Of a stretch of DNA of 64,000 nucleotides, positions 11,281 to 19,436 are shown piece by piece. The first letter of the stretch is position 1. Each line of letters begins with the position of its first letter. The DNA comes from Candidatus Omnitrophota bacterium. GTDB taxonomy: Bacteria; Omnitrophota; Gorgyraeia; Ghiorseimicrobiales; Ghiorseimicrobiaceae. The position numbers were made by a program, and so were the translations under genes. The notes under the pieces were generated by a model, which ran no database searches, was not told where the DNA came from, and worked only from the letters and a program-made list of their open reading frames with translations. The stretch lies in assembly GCA_030681595.1 (NCBI GenBank), contig JAUXSB010000014.1, positions 109,071 through 173,070 of the forward strand, in the 5' to 3' direction.

Positions 11281-11456
11281 TTCTTCCTCCCTCTTTCAAA
11301 AATACAATTGTTATTTTGTTATTTAAGCGGTTTAACCTTATAAACCGCTACGCCTGAAGGCAATGGTTTGGCTTTCAATATAGCCAAAGCCATACAGAGA
11401 TTAACAGTTTAACATATAATTTATATATTGCAAGAAATTTTGTTTTATCGGATATT

Positions 11457-13253
11457 TTACTCCGGAACGTTTTGAAGGTTGTATAAATTACGATAGAGGC
11501 CGTTTTGGGCGAGCAATTCTTCGTGGCGTCCGCATTCGGCTATCCTGCCTTCACTTAAAACAATAATCTTAGAGGCATCTTTAATCGTAGACATTCTATG
11601 GGCAACCATAAAGACAGCGCGCCCGCGCATTAAAATATCCAAAGCTTCCTGCACAATCTTTTCCGCGCGGGAGTCTAACTGCGAAGTCGCCTCATCCAAA
11701 AGCAGGATCGGCGGATTTTTTAAGATAGCGCGGGCTATGGCAAGGCGCTGCTTTTCCCCTCCGGAAAGCTTAAAGCCGCGGTCTCCGATAACGGTATCAT
11801 AACCTTGGGGCATCTCAAGGATAAAATCGTGGGCAAAAGCCTTCTTTGCCGCCGCCTCAATTTCCTCCTGCGTCACATTAAGATTGCCATAGGCAATGTT
11901 TGCCTTTACCGTATCATTAAACAAGATAGTTTCCTGGGTAACTATAGCGATATTTTTTCTTAGCGAGGACAGCGAGGCCGTCTTTATGTCTATGCCGTCA
12001 ATGAGGATTCGCCCCTCTTGTGGGTCGTAAAAACGCAAGGTTAAATCCAAAAGCGTGCTTTTACCCGAACCTGAAGGGCCGACTATCGCCAAAACCTCAC
12101 CGGCCTTCACTTTCAGGTTAATATTTTTTAAAATAATATTATCCTCGTATTTAAAAGAAATATTTTCAAACTCTATGCCTTTTTTTACCGCCGCTAGCTC
12201 TACGGCGCGCGGGATTTCTCTTACTGACGGCACCGTATCTAAAACTTCATAAATGCGCGTGTTGGCGGCCAATGCCTGCTGCTGAAGGCTATTTACCTGG
12301 CTGAGTTTCTTAAACGGCCGAATTGTAGATAGAATCGCGCCCATAAGCAAAGCGAATACGCCGAAAGAAAGGCTCCCCTTAATTACCTCCTGGCCCACCC
12401 AGTAAAAAATAAACAACCCGGCAAACGCACCGATAAGCTCGGTGCCGGGCCCTAAAACCAGCGTTCGCTTAGCAGATTTCATCGTAAGTTTATAATAATC
12501 CCTGTTTTGGCGGTTAAACCTGCCTATTTCATAATCTTCCATAGAAAACGCCTTGACAATGCGCACGCCGGTAATGGTCTCAATCAAAAGCGAGTTGATA
12601 TCCGCCACTTTTTCCTGGGTACGGGTGGAGATTTTGCGCAGTTTCTTGCCGACTTTGACAATCGGGAAAACAATCAACGGCACAGCTATGAAAGAGATAA
12701 AGGCAAACTTCCAATAGACAAAAAAAGCTAAAACCACATAGACTACCACCTGCATTGACTGATATAACAAGTCATATAAACCGTAAGAAAGGGCGTTTTC
12801 CACCACTTTTACGTCGTTGGTAATCCGCGAGATAAGCTCGCCGCTGCGTTTTCCGCTATAATAATCCAAAGATAAAGCCTGCATCTTGGCATAAAGTTTT
12901 TTGCGGATATCCATAATGATTTTCTGCCCGACATCGGTCATTAAATACGACTGCAGAAAGCTAAAGCCCGCCTTTAAGATAAGCATAACCAAGACTACCG
13001 GCAACATTAACTTAAGCAAAGAAGCCGGAGGTAAACTATTAATAGAAGCGATAAAATTTTCCAGGAAAAGCGGGAGCTTCCCCGGCAGGATTATCTGCTT
13101 ATTTGTCATAACCTTATCTGCCAGAGGCACAAGCATTCCTAACGAAACTCCGTCAAAGACCGCGGAAACCGCCATCGCCACTACCGCAAGGCCAAATAAC
13201 CCTGCATGCGGCTTAAGAAAAACCAATAATCTCTTATATTCTTTACTAAGCAT
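11457..13253 (-). CDS. ABC transporter, fused permease and ATPase (MsbA-like lipid/multidrug exporter)
   Basis: 598 aa with six TM helices, Walker A GPSGSGKST, and signature LSGGEKQRLAIARA. Confidence 0.9.
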   Translation of the reverse strand: MLSKEYKRLLVFLKPHAGLFGLAVVAMAVSAVFDGVSLGMLVPLADKVMTNKQIILPGKLPLFLENFIASINSLPPASLLKLMLPVVLVMLILKAGFSFLQSYLMTDVGQKIIMDIRKKLYAKMQALSLDYYSGKRSGELISRITNDVKVVENALSYGLYDLLYQSMQVVVYVVLAFFVYWKFAFISFIAVPLIVFPIVKVGKKLRKISTRTQEKVADINSLLIETITGVRIVKAFSMEDYEIGRFNRQNRDYYKLTMKSAKRTLVLGPGTELIGAFAGLFIFYWVGQEVIKGSLSFGVFALLMGAILSTIRPFKKLSQVNSLQQQALAANTRIYEVLDTVPSVREIPRAVELAAVKKGIEFENISFKYEDNIILKNINLKVKAGEVLAIVGPSGSGKSTLLDLTLRFYDPQEGRILIDGIDIKTASLSSLRKNIAIVTQETILFNDTVKANIAYGNLNVTQEEIEAAAKKAFAHDFILEMPQGYDTVIGDRGFKLSGGEKQRLAIARAILKNPPILLLDEATSQLDSRAEKIVQEALDILMRGRAVFMVAHRMSTIKDASKIIVLSEGRIAECGRHEELLAQNGLYRNLYNLQNVPE

Positions 13254-13408
13254 AGTGTTTTAATATAACATCTTACCTTTATAGCGTCAAGGCATTTTTC
13301 GATTTAAACTGGTTAAAATCAATGGAGTTAGGGTATAAACACGTTAAAGGCGGGAATTTTATATTATAACTGCGGCATTATATTTAGGAAGGCCCCCCGT
13401 TGCCTAAC

Positions 13409-13540
13409 TTAAAATGCCCGGGGATGCTTCAGGCCGCTCTTTTCGGCTTTTTCTCTAGGTTCATGCGGCTGCTTTTTCTTAAGGCATTTCTTAAAATCAG
13501 ACGCTTTCTTCTTTGACGGCCCAAATGCTTTTCTGCCCAT
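13409..13540 (-). CDS. Possible 43-aa lysine-rich small protein (hypothetical)
   Basis: Own translation: MGRKAFGPSKKKASDFKKCLKKKQPHEPREKAEKSGLKHPRAF. GGAGG lies 7 nt upstream of the ATG. It is below the ORF-track size cutoff. Confidence 0.25.
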   Translation of the reverse strand: MGRKAFGPSKKKASDFKKCLKKKQPHEPREKAEKSGLKHPRAF

Positions 13541-13589
13541 GGATCTGCCTCCTGCATTTTACAAAAATATTTTTGATTTGAATACTAAA

Positions 13590-13625
13590 AAGGGCTGGAC
13601 ATCCAAGCCCGGCCCTTTTCGAAAA
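13590..13625. terminator. Bidirectional stem-loop with T-runs on both strands, downstream of the Met-rich protein gene
   Basis: AAAAGGGCTGGACATCCAAGCCCGGCCCTTTT. Confidence 0.5.
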
Positions 13626-13643
13626 TAACTTGATAAACTGCTA

Positions 13644-13904
13644 TTATTTTTCCGCTTCAGGCGCTTGCGGGGCAGTAACCGGACATACAGATAAACCCGA
13701 CTTACCCATCATACCTTTTCCACCCATCATCATGCCTTTTTGGCCCATCATAGCTTTACCGGGATCCATGCACGGATACCCTTTAGACATACACATGTGT
13801 TTGCAAATCGCTCCGCCAATCAACATAATTACTATAACAGTCAGTAAAATGTTTGTGTATAAAGGTGACGAAAAAAACTCGCAGCATTTCTTTTCATTAG
13901 CCAT
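13644..13904 (-). CDS. Small (86 aa) Cys- and Met/Gly-rich membrane protein of unknown function
   Basis: Strong ribosome-binding site AAGGAGGTG before the ATG. One TM helix, then CKHMCMSKGYPCMDPGKAMMGQKGMMMGGKGMMGKSG. Confidence 0.6.
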   Translation of the reverse strand: MANEKKCCEFFSSPLYTNILLTVIVIMLIGGAICKHMCMSKGYPCMDPGKAMMGQKGMMMGGKGMMGKSGLSVCPVTAPQAPEAEK

Positions 13905-14019
13905 AAAACACCTCCTTTAATTGCGTGTATTATAGCACTCTTATTTAAACAAGTAAAGGATAGTTAAATAACTATAGAGCGGGATTACTTAATAAGCATA
14001 CTTTAATGCAATTTGGCTT

Positions 14020-14688
14020 TTATATAGGCTTTACAACGCAGGCAAATTCTGGATATTTTGAATCGCTTAGCTGGCCAAACGTAATTAAATTTAAAAGTTT
14101 AAGTTCCCAGCTATTATTAATTGCCGGGCCGATACCTTCTATTGTTACTATTTCATAACCCAATGCCTTAAACATACCTTCTATGCTTTTCTGAGTAAAG
14201 AATCGCAAGTGTGATTTGTCTAAAATTCCGGAATCCTGGTATTTCCATTGTTTTTTTATAAGTAGTTCTTTTAATATTTTAAAATATCTCATATTCGGAA
14301 TAGCGCAAACAATTATCCCTTCTTTAGTAAGTTTGGCTTTAATTTTATTAAGCACAGTAAACGGATCTGCCAGATGCTCTAACGAATCATTGAAAACAAC
14401 ACAATCAAAATAAGTATCCGGGAGCTCGCCCAACAAATTATAAATATCCCCGACAAACAACTTATCTATTTTATTTCTCGCCAAAGACGCGGCTTTTTCG
14501 TCTATTTCAATGCCCCAGACTTCCGCGTTTAATTTTTGTTTTATCTCTTCGCCGAATAACCCCGCGCCGCAACCCGCGTCCAATATCTTTCTTGCGGTTT
14601 TCGGAATATAGCCGAGCATTTCTGGACGTTTTCTTAAGTAATAATCATCGGGCTTAGCGGATAAATCGAAAATTTTTTCGCTATGCAT
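14020..14688 (-). CDS. Class I SAM-dependent methyltransferase (Methyltransf_11/12-like)
   Basis: ILDAGCGAGLFG is motif I. 222 aa. Confidence 0.8.
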   Translation of the reverse strand: MHSEKIFDLSAKPDDYYLRKRPEMLGYIPKTARKILDAGCGAGLFGEEIKQKLNAEVWGIEIDEKAASLARNKIDKLFVGDIYNLLGELPDTYFDCVVFNDSLEHLADPFTVLNKIKAKLTKEGIIVCAIPNMRYFKILKELLIKKQWKYQDSGILDKSHLRFFTQKSIEGMFKALGYEIVTIEGIGPAINNSWELKLLNLITFGQLSDSKYPEFACVVKPI

Positions 14689-14720
14689 AATTAATCCTTA
14701 CGCTGGCACAAGCTCTAAAC
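14678..14720. repeat. 43-bp direct repeat, copy A (38/43 identical to 17161-17203). It overlaps the first codons of the 14020-14688 gene.
   Basis: TTCGCTATGCATAATTAATCCTTACGCTGGCACAAGCTCTAAA aligned against TTCGCTATACATAATTAATCATTGCGCTGGCACAAACCCTAAA. Confidence 0.85.
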
Positions 14721-14786
14721 GATAACCCATGCTGCCTGCGAAATTTTTCCATTTTTTTGTTTCTGTTTCTTGACTTTTTAACGCGA

Positions 14787-15461
14787 TCATTTCTTTAATC
14801 TACTCCGAATAAAATAGAAAGCCGATGGTTTCGTATATTTTTTGATATTTTTTACATTTAAAACGCACTGCCAAAAAGTAAGGGGGTCCGCTTTAAAAAC
14901 TTCCATAATCTCTAATCCATTGTCTTCAATCATAGGCTGAAAATCCTTGGTGGTTGTGGCTGGTTCACATTCCTGGAATAAAACCGAACCATCGGGTTTA
15001 AGAAATTTTTTAATATCTCTATAAAATTTCTTATGGACCGTAAGATAAGGATCGAAATTCCTAATATTCTCCCGATATTTTTTTTCATCCGAAGGCCAAT
15101 GCGGAGGATTACTGACAACTAAATCCCACTGCCCAGTTATCGGGATAGAGTCAAGACAATCAGATAAATAAACGGCTGCTTTATCTTCTATCTTATTATC
15201 TTTGATGGTTTTTTTACAACATTCTACGGCATCAGGATTAACATCAGCTACGGTCAAACGATTACAAAGGCCGTGCGCTAACATAGAAAAGCCTATAAAA
15301 CCGGGCCCAGCGCAATATTCAAAAACATGGTCGACTTTTCCGAATCTATCCCTAACCATACGAATAAACTCTTGGCCAAAATTTCTGCCGCCGCCTTCCA
15401 GATAAGGCAAAAAACTTACAGTGATATTTTTATAACGCACTTTTTTAAAAATTTTACCCAT
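14787..15461 (-). CDS. Small amino-methyltransferase with an NPPH motif (RsmC/HemK-like 'MTase small' fold). Substrate unknown.
   Basis: Motif I is EYCAGPGFIG; motif IV is VVSNPPHW. 224 aa. Confidence 0.7.
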   Translation of the reverse strand: MGKIFKKVRYKNITVSFLPYLEGGGRNFGQEFIRMVRDRFGKVDHVFEYCAGPGFIGFSMLAHGLCNRLTVADVNPDAVECCKKTIKDNKIEDKAAVYLSDCLDSIPITGQWDLVVSNPPHWPSDEKKYRENIRNFDPYLTVHKKFYRDIKKFLKPDGSVLFQECEPATTTKDFQPMIEDNGLEIMEVFKADPLTFWQCVLNVKNIKKYTKPSAFYFIRSRLKK

Positions 15462-15709
15462 TTATCTTTCCACCGTAAAATACCGCATATTCAAAAGGTT
15501 AGTTAAAATCTATGGCTTCATAATACTTATATTATAAAACAATTAACCATTTCCCAACGGGTGATTGACGACATGAGGAGATTATATCAATAGCTTAAAA
15601 ACTTTCAATATTTATTTTGTAATTTATGTATCCGGTGTTACGTAAACCGTCTACTTTACTTTGTATCCCCTGATTTTGCTATTAACATTTGGGCCGAATA
15701 TTTTTTTAT

Positions 15710-16219
15710 CTATATATCTGTATCAATTTTTCTAATCTTTAATATCTTGCACAGGCGCAGAAGGGTCTCTAAAGTCACGTTCTTTTTCCCTTCTTCTATC
15801 TTAGAAATATCCGGCTGTTTCATGCCCGTATTAAACGCTAATTCTTTTTGGCTTAGGCCCATTTTAATCCTTGCTTCCTTTATCAAGGCGCCTATCTTTA
15901 TAAACGAAGCGGGAGGCTCGCCTTTTAGGCTTTTATTTTTAATATTAGACCCCTCTAAAAGCTGCTCATAAATAGTTTCCCACCAATCCCTAAAATCGGA
16001 TTCACGCGAAAGTTTTACCCAATAAGATTTAATCCCGGGCCAAGCCTTAATAAATTCTTCCTTAGAGATTAAAGAAAATACCTCTTTAGGCTGGTCACAG
16101 CGGGAAAGCAAAGTTACCATGCGTTCACTAAATTTAGGGTGCTGCGGGCTCTTTAAGATATGCTTAGCTTCTTTTAACGCCCTATCGTTCAAATTCCAGA
16201 AATACTTCGCGATATTCAT
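15710..16219 (-). CDS. Protein with an unknown N-terminal domain and a C-terminal XRE-type helix-turn-helix. Candidate antitoxin or regulator.
   Basis: MGLSQKELAFNTGMKQPDISKIEEGKKNVTLETLLRLCKIL sits at the C-terminus. The start overlaps the upstream gene by 4 nt (ATGA). Confidence 0.65.
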   Translation of the reverse strand: MNIAKYFWNLNDRALKEAKHILKSPQHPKFSERMVTLLSRCDQPKEVFSLISKEEFIKAWPGIKSYWVKLSRESDFRDWWETIYEQLLEGSNIKNKSLKGEPPASFIKIGALIKEARIKMGLSQKELAFNTGMKQPDISKIEEGKKNVTLETLLRLCKILKIRKIDTDI

Positions 16220-16929
16220 GCTATGGCCCCTTTTGCGAATTCCTTTATTTCATTCTCCAAATAATTAATCATCTCTTTAGAGTTAAATTTTTTATCATAT
16301 ATATCCAAGTCCAAGAGGCCGAGTTTCATTTCTTGGCGGGAAAAACTGCGGTACCAATGAATCATCCCCCGCTGTAAATGCCTCGGCACGGACTTTAAAA
16401 ACAAATGCAACGGCTTTATTTTTTTTGAAAGCATATAAATATCAAACGCGTCGCGCGCCTCTCGCCGGCCTCCCTCAATTGTTTCCCGGCCTATCTCATC
16501 TGTCGTTGGCTTTACTCCCGCGACAGCAGTAATTTTTTGCAGATATATGCCTTCTGCGCTGTAAACCCGCACTCCTTTAATCCGTTTAATACCGGGTTTG
16601 GTAAAAATAACATCTTCCACAAAGTCAATTTTTAACGGCGCGCGCGAACCCTTTACCGGCACGATATAAAAATGCACGCGCGCCCTGCCCCTAATTGTAA
16701 ACTCAGATTGCAATTTTATTTTATTTTTAATCCGTTTCTCAAATGCCGCGATTAGCCTCTCTATTTCTTTTACGTCATATTTAGGAGAAAAAAAGTCTAA
16801 ATCCCTGGAAAAGCGGTGATGCAGATAATACAGCTCAAGGGCAGTGCCTCCGGCAAGAGCAAAATCCTCCGCCTCTTTTGCAAAAACATCAAGAATTACG
16901 CCTTGCGCTTTTCTGATTTTCAAGTCCAT
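16216..16929 (-). CDS. DUF1814 / AbiEii-MenT family nucleotidyltransferase (type IV toxin-like)
   Basis: GGTALELYYLHHRFSRDLDFF carries the family hallmarks GGTAL and RxSxDLDF. 237 aa. Confidence 0.8.
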   Translation of the reverse strand: MDLKIRKAQGVILDVFAKEAEDFALAGGTALELYYLHHRFSRDLDFFSPKYDVKEIERLIAAFEKRIKNKIKLQSEFTIRGRARVHFYIVPVKGSRAPLKIDFVEDVIFTKPGIKRIKGVRVYSAEGIYLQKITAVAGVKPTTDEIGRETIEGGRREARDAFDIYMLSKKIKPLHLFLKSVPRHLQRGMIHWYRSFSRQEMKLGLLDLDIYDKKFNSKEMINYLENEIKEFAKGAIA

Positions 16930-16945
16930 TTTATCTCCAGAAAAA

Positions 16946-17001
16946 ATAGGTTATAACCTATATCCAATATAGATTATAACCTATAGAAACCGTTTTGTCA
17001 A
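16946..17001 (-). promoter_or_regulatory. Sigma70-consensus promoter (TTGACA-N17-TATAAT on the minus strand) with two 16-bp palindromic operators.
   Basis: Minus strand reads TTGACAaaacggtttctataggtTATAATctat...ATAGGTTATAACCTATtttttctGGAGataaaATG. Operators: ATAGATTATAACCTAT, overlapping the -10, and ATAGGTTATAACCTAT, between +1 and the ribosome-binding site. Confidence 0.6.
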
Positions 17002-17160
17002 ATAAAATCTGCCAACCGGCGCTTTGATTTTATTTGATGCCCCGCCATAAAGCGTTGGCGGACAGACGTAAATACTTTTACGGCGCAAATAATATTTAAT
17101 TTTTCCGCATAACAAATAACACAAAACTATAAATATGTTACGACACTGATTATTTGATTA

Positions 17161-17203
17161 TTCGCTATACATAATTAATCATTGCGCTGGCACAAACCCT
17201 AAA
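17161..17203. repeat. 43-bp direct repeat, copy B (partner of 14678-14720)
   Basis: See copy A. It includes a pseudo-start, ATGTATAGCGAATAA, mirroring the MHSEK start of the 14020-14688 gene. Confidence 0.85.
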
Positions 17204-17234
17204 AAATTACACAGGTTATTCTATGTGTAAGAAA

Positions 17235-17696
17235 TTAATTTGTACCACCTGTTTCTTGACCAGACTTAATCTTCGTAACCTTATCGTCTTTATCAAAATC
17301 AATCGTTATCTGCAGTTGTGAACTACTAAAACCCTCAACAGGTGTTCCGATTATCTCCCATCCACCGAAAGTTAACACATCCATTACCCCGTGTCCTATT
17401 GCTCTGCCCGCACTTGGTGAGTTACCTCTTTGAATTTCAAAAATTTCTTTTCTACCTGTATCAGTAGTTAATGTTTGCGCTGGTTGACCTAATAATAATA
17501 TAACTTCATCTCTTGGTTGCCCTACATGTAACGACCCTAAATCTACTTCTCTTTTTCCGTGTAATGCCATCATTACTGAACAGCCGGAAAATACAAATAT
17601 TAAACAACACACCAATACGAAAAAACCAATTCCTTCCTTCCTAAACATGCTCCCTCCTTTTTTGTTAATTATAGCGATGAAATCCTGTATAATCAA
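17235..17696 (-). CDS. Putative lipoprotein (probable start at the internal Met, about 17648)
   Basis: MFRKEGIGFFVLVCCLIFVFSGC is a signal peptide with a lipobox-like FSGC. Confidence 0.55.
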   Translation of the reverse strand: MIIQDFIAIINKKGGSMFRKEGIGFFVLVCCLIFVFSGCSVMMALHGKREVDLGSLHVGQPRDEVILLLGQPAQTLTTDTGRKEIFEIQRGNSPSAGRAIGHGVMDVLTFGGWEIIGTPVEGFSSSQLQITIDFDKDDKVTKIKSGQETGGTN

Positions 17697-17768
17697 TAAG
17701 AAGTATTGTGTTCATAGAATCCGCTGCAGGCGCATAGATTGTATCAGGTTTATTTATCCCTTCCATTT

Positions 17769-18503
17769 TTATTTTTTCCTACTGATAACTACTAAATGCC
17801 TTCCATAAAGTAATTCATCGGACAATAAAATTTTTGCGATTCTATCATATGATATATTGCCTTTTTTCCTTGCTCTTTTACATTTCGACAATAATTGTAA
17901 ATATATAATGATTTTTAAGGGAAATGTCCATAATTTTAATCCCGGATAATAAGAAGTTGTGGCAACTTTCTCAATCTCAAAGCCATTATTTTTCAAAAAA
18001 TATTCCAATTCATGCATTCGCAAAGGACAAATATGTAAATACGCGGCCGCGTCACCACCTACGCTTTGAGCTTGTTCTAATAACGGCTCACGAAAATATT
18101 CCCATGCTCCTTCGAAAAGAAAACGCATCCGCGACTTGATGTTAAGGATATTAGGAGTTGTCAAAATAAAAACTCCTCCCGGCTTAAGCACTCTGTAGGC
18201 TTTTCTAATTATTGATTGCGGATTTTCTAAATGCTCGATAAGCTCAAGGCAGGACACATAATCAAAATAGTCATCATCATACGGCAGCGCTTCTTTATTA
18301 AAATCAATTTCCTTGAAATTAACTGTCCGGGGAAATGCAAAATATTTCCCCAAAACATCGCAAGCATAAGATTGAAAACCTTCCCTTGCCAACATGTTTG
18401 GCAGATCGCCCTTTCCTGTGCCAATATCTAAAAATTTACCTCTCTTCTCCGTTCTTAATAGCTCAAATACTCTCTCTATCGGGTTAGCTAATTTTTTCTT
18501 CAT
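17769..18503 (-). CDS. Class I SAM-dependent methyltransferase
   Basis: FLDIGTGKGDL is motif I. 244 aa. Confidence 0.8.
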   Translation of the reverse strand: MKKKLANPIERVFELLRTEKRGKFLDIGTGKGDLPNMLAREGFQSYACDVLGKYFAFPRTVNFKEIDFNKEALPYDDDYFDYVSCLELIEHLENPQSIIRKAYRVLKPGGVFILTTPNILNIKSRMRFLFEGAWEYFREPLLEQAQSVGGDAAAYLHICPLRMHELEYFLKNNGFEIEKVATTSYYPGLKLWTFPLKIIIYLQLLSKCKRARKKGNISYDRIAKILLSDELLYGRHLVVISRKK

Positions 18504-18628
18504 TTTTAATTTCCTTTTTTGTTCCGTTAAGTGTATAATCGCCCATTTATTTTGTAATTTGTTTATGCATATAGAGCTACGTAAACCGTCTACTCTACCT
18601 AGCTACTCTACTGCTCTATTTAACACCT

Positions 18629-19432
18629 TCAAACCAAAACCTTATCTCTATACCTCAACACACTCGCCAAAGTCAATGGATTAGGATCCTCTATATCCAC
18701 CGAGCTCCAGGCGTCCATCATATAGCGTTCAATGTAGGCGTAGGGCAAGAAGCCATAGCCAGCCCTTCCCCATTTATTAGACCATGAATTTTTGAATTTA
18801 ACGAGTTTTTCTTTATCATCGTAGCCGACCGGACAGATGGCGTGGCCGCCTAAGGAAGATTCGCTTTTCTTTGGCATTGGAACAATGCCGGTTTTAGTCT
18901 TCATCATACCGCCAAAGACTTCCACGCCGATAACGCAGGGGCCTTTGGTGGAAAGTGACAGACATAATTCATTTAGGTCTAGGATACGCGCGTAGGTGAT
19001 AATGCGGAATTTTTTGGCGTTCACAACAGCGCCCTTTTCGGGCTTGGATTTTTTACGCGGAATATATGGCCAGAATTTTTCAAGACAGACGCCTTTTTTC
19101 GTAAGCACTTTCATCGCCGCGCGGATTGTTGTGCCTTCTGCCTTAGGCATGCCGTCAATCAATTTGGCTTCGCTATAAAGAAAACGTGGGGAAAGCTCTA
19201 CCGGCTTTTGGTAATCAAGGAGCTCCTGATATTCTTTCATGCCGACTGTCGCAGCAAAACCAACACAAACCCCCTCATCCCCTTGATCCCGAACCGGAGA
19301 CATATTTTTCGTCCAGTCAATTCTTTTGGGAAGCTTAACTACCGGCAGATAAGCGCGCATTAGATAATCGCGCGCGTCTAATTTATCTTTTATACAACCT
19401 AAACCTCGAAAAATCACTCTGATCCCTTTCAC
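18629..19432 (-). CDS. Papain-family (C1) cysteine peptidase, cytoplasmic (no signal peptide)
   Basis: QGDEGVCVGFAA is the catalytic Cys region; GGHAICPVGY is the His region; NSWSNKWGRAGYGF is the Asn/Trp region. Confidence 0.8.
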   Translation of the reverse strand: MKGIRVIFRGLGCIKDKLDARDYLMRAYLPVVKLPKRIDWTKNMSPVRDQGDEGVCVGFAATVGMKEYQELLDYQKPVELSPRFLYSEAKLIDGMPKAEGTTIRAAMKVLTKKGVCLEKFWPYIPRKKSKPEKGAVVNAKKFRIITYARILDLNELCLSLSTKGPCVIGVEVFGGMMKTKTGIVPMPKKSESSLGGHAICPVGYDDKEKLVKFKNSWSNKWGRAGYGFLPYAYIERYMMDAWSSVDIEDPNPLTLASVLRYRDKVLV

Positions 19433-19436
19433 TACT

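Noticed and set aside
11326-11349. Hairpin AGCGGTTTAACCTTATAAACCGCT after the ABC transporter, as an intrinsic terminator
   Set aside because: A perfect stem-loop, but not followed by a U-run on the transcribed strand. It is more likely another REP-type hairpin than a Rho-independent terminator.
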